Shown piece by piece: positions 1 through 8,578 of a stretch of DNA of 53,113 bases. Position 1 is the stretch's first letter; every line of letters starts with the position of its first letter. Source of the DNA: Candidatus Thorarchaeota archaeon SMTZ1-45 (GTDB lineage Archaea; Asgardarchaeota; Thorarchaeia; Thorarchaeales; Thorarchaeaceae); NCBI GenBank assembly GCA_001563335.1, contig LRSL01000038.1:1-53113 (forward strand). The letters are read 5' to 3'. Made by a program: the position numbers and the translations under genes. The notes under the pieces are model-generated. The model was not told where the DNA came from. It saw nothing but the letters and a program-made list of their open reading frames with translations, and ran no database searches.

Positions 1-201
1 AGTCAGAAACAGATTTCCAGGTTTATCGAAGTCGGTTCTCATTTCTTCGAGCTCTTCATGTTTGTTGAAATCGAAAACGGGATTATCTTGATACCAATAG
101 TATTGCTTCATCGCTTTGGACCAAGTAGTAGAGTACGTTTCCCAGTCATCTGCAGGAGTTACAATAATTGTCAAGTCTCTATCCATCGGAGCTCTAGCCA
201 T
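1..201 (-). CDS. Partial CDS (5' end; runs off the window), possibly a GNAT-type acetyltransferase
   Basis: Open frame from ATG at 201 to the window edge: MARAPMDRDLTIIVTPADDWETY...EEMRTDFDKPGNLFLT. Not in the ORF track. The product is a guess. Confidence 0.45.
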   Translation of the reverse strand, partial: MARAPMDRDLTIIVTPADDWETYSTTWSKAMKQYYWYQDNPVFDFNKHEELEEMRTDFDKPGNLFLT

Positions 202-272
202 TTTTACTTTGAATACAAATAGAGATTGTGTAAATTGATGGACATGCTTATTTTGAAGCCATCCAAAGACAT

Positions 273-563
273 ATGCGAGTCAAAATGAGGATTAAGGCAG
301 TTCTTCGGGATACAGAGATATTGCAGATGGATGTAGGATCGAAGGGAAGAATAATAGCTACTGCCAAGAAAAATATCGATAGGGTAGTCAATCTCCAAAG
401 TTTCCTCAAGGTGATGGGTCTCAGTCTTGATGAAAGATGCATCATGCTCGATGCATTGAAAGATACGATTCTTCACATCTGGTTGCTGACTGATGCCCAG
501 CAACACCTCATCTATATTAGTGAAAATAAAAATGCTGAAGTTAGTGGATATTGCTGGCAGTGA
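273..563 (+). CDS. Small hypothetical protein
   Basis: 96-aa ORF with globular composition, divergent from the 1..201 ORF. Start may be the second Met (MRIKAV). Confidence 0.65.
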   Translation: MRVKMRIKAVLRDTEILQMDVGSKGRIIATAKKNIDRVVNLQSFLKVMGLSLDERCIMLDALKDTILHIWLLTDAQQHLIYISENKNAEVSGYCWQ

Positions 564-760
564 ACTGAAAAAGTAAGAATCATCCATAAGTTGCTTTTTC
601 ACAAGTACTTCTGCCTATATCTCGCACATCCTGACTTAGTACTATTGCTTCATTTAATACCTCGTCAGATGAGCGTGTCTTAGAGTAGCCTTCTAGATAA
701 AATACAAGGCAAATATTGCAGACGCCTTTTTAAAGAGAATCTCTGAGCCTTAGGTGGGTA

Positions 761-2206
761 TTGAAAATGCTAAAGGTATACAACACACGGACCCGCTCAA
801 AAGAAGAGTTCACAACTCTTGAAGGAAATAATGTACGTATGTATGTGTGCGGTCCGACTGTGTATGATTATCCCCATATTGGTAATGCAAGGTCATTTGC
901 GGTCTTTGATACAATTCGTAGGTATCTCGAGTATAAGGGGTATCGAGTCACTTACATCACCAACTTCACAGATATCGACGATAAGATGATCAACAGAGCA
1001 AATGAAGAGGGGGTTTCAGTCTCAGAGCTTGCAACCAAGTTCATCGCAGAATACCTCACCATTGCCAAACAACTAAATCTGAAACCAGCGACAGTAAATC
1101 CTCGTGCCACAGAGCATATGGATGATATTATTGAGATGGTTGAGCTCATCATTGAGAATGGATTTGGGTATGAGGTGGATGGTGATGTATACTTCAATGT
1201 ACCTGCATTCGAAATGTATGGAAGTCTTTCCAGAATACCAATGGACGAGCTATCTTCAGGTGCCCGAGTTGAGGTAGATGATAAGAAGAAGGATCCACGA
1301 GATTTTGCTCTCTGGAAGGCAGAGAAACCAGGCGAACCATCATGGGATAGTCCTTGGAGCAAAGGACGTCCAGGCTGGCATGCTGAATGTTCTGTGATGG
1401 GTAGGCACTACTTGGGACTTCCGTTCGACATTCATGGTGGAGGACAAGATCTGATATTTCCACATCATGAGAATGAGATTGCTCAATCAGCAGCTGCATA
1501 TGGAATCGAAGTCCCTGTCAATTATTGGCTTCATAATGGTTTCTTAACCATTGATAGCGAAAAGATGTCAAAGTCAGAAGGCAATTTCTCAACAGCAAGA
1601 GAAGTGCTTGACCATTATGACAATCAAGCAGTCCGTCTATATCTTGCAACTGGCCAATATCGGCAACCGCTTGACTATAATGAGAATGCCATGAACCAAG
1701 CGATTCAATCATTAGAGCGAATTAAAAATGCTGTAGATACGATAAAAGGACGTATCTCGATTCTTGAGAGAATTGGCAGTCGTGAATCAGATGCTGATAA
1801 AAAGCTTGCTGAGGCTTCGAAGAGGCTTAGAGAATCTTTTGAGAAAGAAATGGACGATGACTTCAATACACCAAGTGCTCTCGCTGAGATCTTCACGTTC
1901 ATTAGAGAAATTAATACTCTTACAAAGGATGTTGGAGGTGCTGCAGTACTTCGAGAGTCTCTTGCTGTCCTAACCGAATTGGTTGGGATTCTAGGGATAA
2001 ACCTGAGTGATGACACTCGAATTAGTAAAGAGGTTGGACAAACTCTCGAAACACTGAGGGGTACTATAGAAATCCTGCTAGAGCTTCGAGAAGATGCCAG
2101 AAAATCGAAAGACTTCGCTAAAGCTGACTTGATTCGTGATCGTCTGAAACAGCTAGGGATAGAGGTTGCAGACACGAAAGACGGACCAACGTGGAAAATG
2201 AGCTAG
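761..2206 (+). CDS. cysS: Cysteine--tRNA ligase
   Basis: MYVCGPTVYD, HIGN (HIGH motif), GRPGWHAEC, DIHGGGQDLIFPHHENE, KMSKS, DDFNTP and the C-terminal anticodon domain ADLIRDRL. Confidence 0.98.
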   Translation: MKMLKVYNTRTRSKEEFTTLEGNNVRMYVCGPTVYDYPHIGNARSFAVFDTIRRYLEYKGYRVTYITNFTDIDDKMINRANEEGVSVSELATKFIAEYLTIAKQLNLKPATVNPRATEHMDDIIEMVELIIENGFGYEVDGDVYFNVPAFEMYGSLSRIPMDELSSGARVEVDDKKKDPRDFALWKAEKPGEPSWDSPWSKGRPGWHAECSVMGRHYLGLPFDIHGGGQDLIFPHHENEIAQSAAAYGIEVPVNYWLHNGFLTIDSEKMSKSEGNFSTAREVLDHYDNQAVRLYLATGQYRQPLDYNENAMNQAIQSLERIKNAVDTIKGRISILERIGSRESDADKKLAEASKRLRESFEKEMDDDFNTPSALAEIFTFIREINTLTKDVGGAAVLRESLAVLTELVGILGINLSDDTRISKEVGQTLETLRGTIEILLELREDARKSKDFAKADLIRDRLKQLGIEVADTKDGPTWKMS

Positions 2207-2239
2207 CCAAGCCAAACCACGATAAAAAAATGCAATTAC

Positions 2240-2261
2240 ACTGGAGGGGAAACCCTCCAGT
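2240..2261. terminator. Hairpin between convergent cysS and larA-like genes
   Basis: ACTGGAGGG-GAAA-CCCTCCAGT, a perfect 9-bp stem with a GNRA loop. Confidence 0.6.
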
Positions 2262-2277
2262 TCTAAACCCAAAAAAA

Positions 2278-3660
2278 TTAGTTAATTTGGTTTTTAACAT
2301 TGATTAAGAGACCTGAGTCTTCAAGGACATAGACCCTAGGATTTGGGTGCTCATCAACGAATCTTTCCATGAGGTTTCTTAGAATTGCTTGTACTTCAGA
2401 AGAGTCCTTTATTGAGCAGCCTTCCATTCGATAGACATTGCGTAGCTCATCAGGATCTAAACCACTCACAAGTTTGATATTACCTTCTGCAACATCTAGG
2501 AGGATTCGGAAAAGATCAACAGGTTTTTGATTTCCAATCTTGAATGTTTTCTCGGAACCATAGTTTTCAATTACAAATCTCAATGCATCTGCGACCTCTA
2601 AGTTTTTGGCAGCATGTATAGCTTCCTCATATCCTGCACTACCTATACCATCTTCACAAGGCGCAAGTAGAACAATCCAACCTTTTTTGTCGTGACGCAC
2701 AGCATTCCATGCTGCATGGATTCCCTTTCCTGCCTGATAGAGGTTCACACCCAATTCTCCAACAGAAACGAAAACAATGTCCCCGGGCTCATCAACATCG
2801 ACGACTCTCAGTTTTCTTAACGGAGATGAAGCAGCTTTGTGACATTCCAAAATATCACCAGCCTGAAGATACACTATCTTTCCATGATTAACGATTGTGT
2901 CCACACAGAAGATCGGAATCCTTTCCTTCATGATAGATGTAATCTCAATCATGTCCTCAATAACTGGATTTCCATCACAATTTCCTAGACGACATTCCTC
3001 ATTGAATCCCTTTTCAAGGTCAAACATTCTTGGGTGATTAATCCGAATAGTTTCTCTACCAGCCACTCCGGGACAAAACAACTTCACAGTTCCAGCTTGA
3101 CCTGCAAAATAGTGGTATTCGCTATCGCTCAATGGGATCAACATACTGGAATCCAAGACATGTTGGTCGATGAAAATGGGTGTGCCTCTCTTGGTTTCAC
3201 CTACATGGGTATTTCCGATATCACAATCATGGCTTAGAACATTCTTCCCCCAGTCCTTGTATATCGCAGGTCCTAAAATTCTGGATTCAACATCTTTGGG
3301 AGTTGCAGGGACATGAGAGCCATTCGAGATCATAATCCAAATATCATCCTTACGAACTCCCAGACCAAGCAAGCGGTCTGCTATGGGTGGAAGAAGCACT
3401 TTCGTGTGAATATTTGGACGTGTCTTATCATCAACCATGAATAGAATCCTTCTGCCTTTTTTGTACACACCCTTAACAAACTCATCGAAAGGCTCAGAAC
3501 CAAGCGGCGAGTTAAGCACGTCATTGAGTTTCTCTTTGAAATCAGTGAAATCGGGAATATACTCATCAACCTGAAGTATTGTCACATTTTCAATACTCTT
3601 AGGGATGAACTCATCAACTTCATCGCCACCATAATTCAATGGAGTACTGTGATAAGACAT
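2278..3660 (-). CDS. larA: LarA-family (DUF2088) nickel-pincer alpha-hydroxy acid racemase/epimerase
   Basis: DDKTRP, GSH, YHYFAGQAGTVKLFCPG, INHP, NLYQAGKG and CEDGIG match LarA conserved motifs. Substrate unknown. Confidence 0.85.
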   Translation of the reverse strand: MSYHSTPLNYGGDEVDEFIPKSIENVTILQVDEYIPDFTDFKEKLNDVLNSPLGSEPFDEFVKGVYKKGRRILFMVDDKTRPNIHTKVLLPPIADRLLGLGVRKDDIWIMISNGSHVPATPKDVESRILGPAIYKDWGKNVLSHDCDIGNTHVGETKRGTPIFIDQHVLDSSMLIPLSDSEYHYFAGQAGTVKLFCPGVAGRETIRINHPRMFDLEKGFNEECRLGNCDGNPVIEDMIEITSIMKERIPIFCVDTIVNHGKIVYLQAGDILECHKAASSPLRKLRVVDVDEPGDIVFVSVGELGVNLYQAGKGIHAAWNAVRHDKKGWIVLLAPCEDGIGSAGYEEAIHAAKNLEVADALRFVIENYGSEKTFKIGNQKPVDLFRILLDVAEGNIKLVSGLDPDELRNVYRMEGCSIKDSSEVQAILRNLMERFVDEHPNPRVYVLEDSGLLINVKNQIN

Positions 3661-3731
3661 ATTGTTCGCCGCTTAACAATTATCAACGCGGATATGTAAT
3701 GCTTACGGTTTGTCCATAAACAACAAGATTA

Positions 3732-3764
3732 TTAGACATGTCTAACTTTTTTAGATTAGACTAA
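3732..3764. promoter_or_regulatory. Two tandem DtxR/IdeR-type operator boxes
   Basis: Perfect palindrome TTAGACATGTCTAA (3732-3745) and TTAGATTAGACTAA (3751-3764) directly upstream of feoA. Both resemble the DtxR core TTAGGTTAGCCTAA, and a DtxR gene ends the operon. Confidence 0.8.
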
Positions 3765-3771
3765 CTCTCTA

Positions 3772-4257
3772 ATGAGCAATGATTGGCGTCTGTCACACGC
3801 CTGTCCACCGATAATAGGAGCCATAATGATGGACGAGAAAGGGACTATAATTGACCCACAAATGAATATTCGCTTGACTTCAGTCAGATCTGGTAAGAGA
3901 TGCAGACTTGTAGGAGTCTCCAGTCCTAGTTTTAGAGAGTCTGGTCGTCATAGTCACCGAAAACGTATGAGAAGCTTCCGTGGACAATTCTTCAAACATC
4001 ACGACAAGTGGGAAAAGCGTAAGGAGAATTTGGAAAATTGGAGAAAGGAGTGGGAAGAGAGAAAGAAGGAATGGCATGAAAGCAGTGATAGAGGTGTCAC
4101 AAAACGCCTTCTGGATCTTGGGCTAACTAAGGGGTGCACCTTCAAAGTTATCCAAGGAAGTAGCCACGGACCGGTTCTCGTTGAGATTAGAGGGACACGA
4201 ATAGCTCTCGGGCATCAATTAGCTAGCAGGGTTATAGTTCAAGTTGTGGAGGATTGA
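3772..4257 (+). CDS. feoA: FeoA ferrous iron transport protein with a long charged insertion
   Basis: RLTSVRSGKRCRLVGV ... KRLLDLGLTKGCTFKVIQ..GPVLVEIRGTRIALG. The true start may be the downstream MMDEK. Confidence 0.85.
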   Translation: MSNDWRLSHACPPIIGAIMMDEKGTIIDPQMNIRLTSVRSGKRCRLVGVSSPSFRESGRHSHRKRMRSFRGQFFKHHDKWEKRKENLENWRKEWEERKKEWHESSDRGVTKRLLDLGLTKGCTFKVIQGSSHGPVLVEIRGTRIALGHQLASRVIVQVVED

Positions 4258-5075
4258 TGTTGAAGATACGTGTTGCACTCATTGGGAATCCCAATGTGGG
4301 TAAGTCTGTGATCTTCAATAGCCTTACAGGGTTAAATCAACACACTGGTAATTGGCCTGGAAAAACTGTGGAAAAGAAAGAGGGATATTTCAAGCACCAT
4401 GGGATAGAGTTTGAGGTAATTGACCTACCAGGCGTATATAGTCTAAGTACAGTATCAGAAGATGAGAAGATAGCACGATCATATATTGTTGATCATCGTC
4501 CTGATGTTGTGGTTGATATAATCAACGCCTCGCAACTAGAGAGAAACCTCTACCTTACTCTTCTCCTCATTGAGCTTCAGGTCAATCTCGTTGTTGCGCT
4601 AAATATGTATGATATTGTACAGTCGAGAGGCGACCGTATTGATGTAGAAGCTCTTTCAAGGCACTTAGGCGCAAGAATAGTAACAACGACTGCTACTCGC
4701 AAGGAGGGGATAGAGGAACTAAAGGATGCTATACTAGCCTCTGTTCCAAAACACATCTTGGAAGAGTCGACTAATGAAAAGAAAATTCCCATGCATACAG
4801 CTGGAGATGTTGATGGTGGCGACCACTTGCATTATCATCCAAGATACCATCATCATGGAGAATTTGAACGGTTAAAGCCACCGACTATTAAGTATAACAA
4901 AGAGATTGAGTCAAGACTCAAAAAATTAGTGATGATTCTCCAAAAAGAGAAGGAGCTATTGGATAGGTTTCCACCTAGATGGCTGGCATTGAAAGTTTTA
5001 GAGAGAGATCCAGAGATACTTGCTCATTTTCAAGATTCGCAAATCAAAGAGAAGATTTTGGAGGTGGCATTATGA
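4254..5075 (+). CDS. feoB: FeoB N-terminal GTPase (split FeoB, part 1)
   Basis: GNPNVGKS (G1), GNWPGKTVE (G2), DLPG (G3), NMYD (G4), LERNLYL, and the RWLALKVLE helical region. Confidence 0.92.
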   Translation: MMLKIRVALIGNPNVGKSVIFNSLTGLNQHTGNWPGKTVEKKEGYFKHHGIEFEVIDLPGVYSLSTVSEDEKIARSYIVDHRPDVVVDIINASQLERNLYLTLLLIELQVNLVVALNMYDIVQSRGDRIDVEALSRHLGARIVTTTATRKEGIEELKDAILASVPKHILEESTNEKKIPMHTAGDVDGGDHLHYHPRYHHHGEFERLKPPTIKYNKEIESRLKKLVMILQKEKELLDRFPPRWLALKVLERDPEILAHFQDSQIKEKILEVAL

Positions 5076-6391
5076 CACCTCCAGAAGATCCGAGCTTGGA
5101 GATGGAATTTGATATAGAGGATGAAATCGATCCTCAGATAATTCTGGCTAATGAGAGATATGAAGTCATAGGTCGAATTCTATGCGAGGTTTATGAACCA
5201 GGTGAAGAAAAATGGACCCTTAGCGATATGCTTGATCGGGTTTTACTTCATCGGTATCTTGGACTACCAATTTTCATAGTTACAATGTGGGCAATGTTTC
5301 ATTTTACTTTTGAAATATCTCGAGTCTTCATGGAGATGATTATTCAATTCTTTAGTTGGATTGGAGCTTATACATCTCAAATACCAAATCCCATTTTAGC
5401 CTCATTGCTTACAGATGGCATCTTAGGAGGTGTGGGATTCATCCTCACATTTATCCCCCCAATTTTCTTCCTGTACTTAGCAATTTCAATACTCGAGGAT
5501 ACTGGATACCTTTCCAGGGCAGCATTTGTCATGGACAGGTTCATGATGAAGATGGGCCTCCATGGTAGATCGTTTATTCCTCTACTTCTGGGATTTGGTT
5601 GTAGCGTAGCGGCTGTAATGGCTACAAGGACGGTTGATGGTAAGTCAAATAGACTTACTACAGTTCTCGTGAGTCCGCTGATGTCATGTGCAGGGAGACT
5701 TCCAATCTATATCCTAATAGCTGGTATCTTCTTTCCGACGAATGCTGGATCTGTTATCTTTCTTATGTACATGTTAGGAATTGTGATGGCTATCATTGTT
5801 GCAATAATCTTCAAAAAGACCATCCTGAGAGAGGAATCCTCCTCAATGCTAATGGAGCTCTCGCAGTACCAAATTCCAACTGCTCATGGCTCGTTTAGAC
5901 ATATGTGGGACAGGGGTCTCTTGTTTGTGAGAACTGCGGGAACGTACCTGTTGGCTGGAAGTATTATAATGTGGGTGCTTTCAGCATTTGGACCAGCTGG
6001 TTTAGGAGTTCCAATTGATGAATCGTTTGCAGCAATTCTTGGCCGTTTGTTTGAACCTATCTTTATGCCCCTTGGTTTTAATTGGCAAATTGTAACCGGA
6101 TTGATCTTTGGATTTTTAGCAAAGGAAGCAGTCATTCAGTCTTTGGCAATTGTATATGCTGTAGGAGGAGTTGCTCTAGAAAGCGCATTGCTTAGTACTA
6201 TGACACCATTGACTGCAATTGCTTTCATGGTCTTTGTTCTACTCTATATGCCATGCCTTGCTACTGTTGGAGCTATTAGAAAAGAAACAGGATCATGGAG
6301 ATGGACTTGGTTCTCAATGGCATATCAACTTGTTTTAGCTTACATTGTATCTCTGTTAGTAGTCATCATCGGGGGTGTGTTTTTTGTATAG
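5072..6391 (+). CDS. feoB: FeoB membrane domain (split FeoB, part 2)
   Basis: LEDTGYLSRAAF, LGFGCSV, PLMSCAGRLP, FLAKEAV and LYMPCLAT. Start placed at ATG 5072 (ATGA overlap, GGAGGT at 5060-5065) rather than 4979. Confidence 0.92.
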   Translation: MTPPEDPSLEMEFDIEDEIDPQIILANERYEVIGRILCEVYEPGEEKWTLSDMLDRVLLHRYLGLPIFIVTMWAMFHFTFEISRVFMEMIIQFFSWIGAYTSQIPNPILASLLTDGILGGVGFILTFIPPIFFLYLAISILEDTGYLSRAAFVMDRFMMKMGLHGRSFIPLLLGFGCSVAAVMATRTVDGKSNRLTTVLVSPLMSCAGRLPIYILIAGIFFPTNAGSVIFLMYMLGIVMAIIVAIIFKKTILREESSSMLMELSQYQIPTAHGSFRHMWDRGLLFVRTAGTYLLAGSIIMWVLSAFGPAGLGVPIDESFAAILGRLFEPIFMPLGFNWQIVTGLIFGFLAKEAVIQSLAIVYAVGGVALESALLSTMTPLTAIAFMVFVLLYMPCLATVGAIRKETGSWRWTWFSMAYQLVLAYIVSLLVVIIGGVFFV

Positions 6392-6863
6392 AGAAGAGCT
6401 TCATCTCCCTGAGGATAGCAAATGGCCTTCCATCTTCACACTTCTCATCGGGAACGCATATTTGATTGTTGGAGTGGTTCAGGTGCTTTCAAGTCTTCAA
6501 TGGATAACACCAATCATTGGATTCTCAGACCTGATAGGAGGATTTCTTCTGATTATTATTGCTTCTGTCTTCTTGACTGGAGTGAAACCTCTATTGGAGA
6601 ATAACAAGGAAGGATATGCATTTGTTGCAGTAGGCTACATACTAGCGGCTCTCTTGTTTGCACTGCAAATCTTGGTAATTTTGACCAATGGTCTTGGTTG
6701 GTTCCTCAGGTTTGAAGATTGGATAGCATGGAACATTGGGAATGATATAACTCCATCACTCTGGATGTTTGTCATATTGATGACTGGCACTGGTTCACTT
6801 TGGGTTATTGGTAACATGAGAGACAGAATCATGGGTGTTACAGAGGAGGGTTCTCAAGAATGA
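6375..6863 (+). CDS. Membrane protein (about 4 TM) within the feo operon
   Basis: Four hydrophobic segments; overlaps both neighbours. Start codon uncertain. Confidence 0.7.
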   Translation: MCFLYREELHLPEDSKWPSIFTLLIGNAYLIVGVVQVLSSLQWITPIIGFSDLIGGFLLIIIASVFLTGVKPLLENNKEGYAFVAVGYILAALLFALQILVILTNGLGWFLRFEDWIAWNIGNDITPSLWMFVILMTGTGSLWVIGNMRDRIMGVTEEGSQE

Positions 6864-7144
6864 TTCAGAAGGTCCTGCAATTAATATTGAAAGAGGGCAT
6901 TTCAGACAAGAATCAGATTGCTCGTCATGCTGGCATTCAAGTCGAAACACTTGATGATATAATTCGTTTATTGATGGAAAGAGGATACCTAAGAACAGAG
7001 GAGAATGGATGTGATGTTGAACCCTCTTGTTCTGGATGTCACAGCACAGCTGACTGTGAGATAATTACTAATACAGGTCTGGTGTTCTATGTAACCGAAA
7101 AGGGGAAAAAATATGCGAACAAGGTTGGAGGTGAAAGTAGTTGA
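6860..7144 (+). CDS. FeoC-like winged-helix protein with four Cys
   Basis: HTH (KNQIARHAGIQVETLDDIIRLLMERGYL) followed by CDVEPSCSGCHSTADC and FYVTEKG. Confidence 0.75.
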   Translation: MIQKVLQLILKEGISDKNQIARHAGIQVETLDDIIRLLMERGYLRTEENGCDVEPSCSGCHSTADCEIITNTGLVFYVTEKGKKYANKVGGESS

Positions 7145-7539
7145 GTCTACCAGAAATGGAAGACATCGAGCTCACAAAGGCTCTTGAAATGTATGTAAAA
7201 GTGGCATATGAGTTGGAAGAGGAACTTGGGATCGCAACAGTTTCGGACATGGCGGAACGGCTAAACGTGAAAGCACCAAGTGTGACTGCAGCGCTTCAGA
7301 AGCTTGATTCAATGGGCGTAGTAAAGTATCGTCGATACCAAAATGTGAAACTCACAAAACTTGGAAAAATCATTGCTAGGAAACTTCTTAGTCGCAATAA
7401 GACATTGTTAGACTTCCTTCTTTTGATTGGTGTTGAAGAGGAGATTGCATCCACTGATGCCTGTGAGATTGAACATGTTATTAATCCAAAGACAATTGAG
7501 AAGCTAGCAGAGTATATGAAAAAACTCTCAGACGAATGA
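7141..7539 (+). CDS. DtxR/MntR-family metal-dependent repressor (short form, no SH3 domain)
   Basis: EMYVK, DMAERLNVKAPSVT, VKLTKLG and DACEIEH. Confidence 0.92.
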   Translation: MSLPEMEDIELTKALEMYVKVAYELEEELGIATVSDMAERLNVKAPSVTAALQKLDSMGVVKYRRYQNVKLTKLGKIIARKLLSRNKTLLDFLLLIGVEEEIASTDACEIEHVINPKTIEKLAEYMKKLSDE

Positions 7540-7622
7540 GAGATAGTCCTTCTCAAATGTTAAATGTGGAAGACTAGTATATCTACAAAGTATAATTTCA
7601 CAAGTCGCAGGAGGCGACCCTT

Positions 7623-8174
7623 GTGAGTTCAAGACCTGATGTATATAGAATCCTCATAGCAGGAGATGAGGAACTAGGATTCAGTCTTTGCGCCAAAGCA
7701 CTCGACAGGAATCTCAATGATCCAAGAACAGTAGCAAGAGAATCCTTAGAGGAAACATGGCCAGAGGATGAGTGGACAAAGCTTGTCACAATTTCAAAAG
7801 ATGGAATCATCACAACCTATGAGTTAGACTTGGAACTTCATGGTCCATGGGTATGGGAGTTGTATAGTACTCTAGAACCTCGAGATTACTTTAGGAGATT
7901 CTCTGGTGTTATCTTATGTGCGAACCCGTTTAGAGAAACCCTGCCTTCAGAGTTGTCGAACTTTATGAATTCTGTTAAGCTTCATGTAGGCCACCCGTTA
8001 CCAACAATTATGATTGTTGACCGTTCAACAAAACTACTCAAGGGTCAAACTAATGCACTTCGAGGGATTGCTGAAACACTTGCAGTTTCAATAATATTCA
8101 TTCGATTGAATACAGGAGAGAATATTGAGAAAGCATTCAAGAGCTTGACCGAACAGATTTGCGGGTGTGCTTAA
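7623..8174 (+). CDS. Degenerate Ras-superfamily small GTPase-like protein
   Basis: RILIAGDEELGFS (G1-like), YFRRFSGVILC, PTIMIVD (G4 position) and TGENIEKAFKSL (G5/alpha5). Confidence 0.6.
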   Translation: MSSRPDVYRILIAGDEELGFSLCAKALDRNLNDPRTVARESLEETWPEDEWTKLVTISKDGIITTYELDLELHGPWVWELYSTLEPRDYFRRFSGVILCANPFRETLPSELSNFMNSVKLHVGHPLPTIMIVDRSTKLLKGQTNALRGIAETLAVSIIFIRLNTGENIEKAFKSLTEQICGCA

Positions 8175-8414
8175 ACATACATTTTGATGAACCAACTAAA
8201 TGTGGTAGGTATGATAAGCTCTTAGAAGGTTATAGCATTTGTAATCGTTTTTGTGTAGCTGAAGTGTAGAGAAGCTAGTTGAAACAAAGAAATATACCTT
8301 AGAAAATCGAGCTTAGGTTCCAAAAATGCACAGCCCGACCCTTTCGCAACGCTTATATCAAAAAGTTGTTATGTCAGAAGTAGCGCCCCAAAAAGTTCCT
8401 TAGTTGGAACTAGG

Positions 8415-8430
8415 CCGAAAGATTTTTAAG
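8415..8430 (+). promoter_or_regulatory. Candidate BRE-TATA promoter for the tfb pair
   Basis: CCGAAAGATTTTTAAG matches the archaeal BRE (CGAAA) plus TTTTTAA box. Inverted repeat AGTTCC-N6-GGAACT (8394-8411) lies just upstream. Confidence 0.5.
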
Positions 8431-8578
8431 TGAGATTTGAGTATATAAAGCTAACGGAATCTGAACGGGGATTGAACGTATTCTGATGGTATTTCTGCGC
8501 CACGATGCAAGAACTACTGCAAGATTATCAAAGGCTCGTGAAGGGTTACGTCCTGCGACATAGAGAGGTAGTCAGATA

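Noticed and set aside
204-602. 132-aa minus-strand ORF and the many other antisense ORFs in the track
   Set aside because: Shadow frames of better-supported genes, with Ser/Phe-rich composition and no motifs.
4979-5071. Longer N-terminus or frameshift pseudogene reading of feoB part 2
   Set aside because: This stretch overlaps the coding end of part 1. The ATGA overlap and RBS at 5060-5075 favour two real genes.
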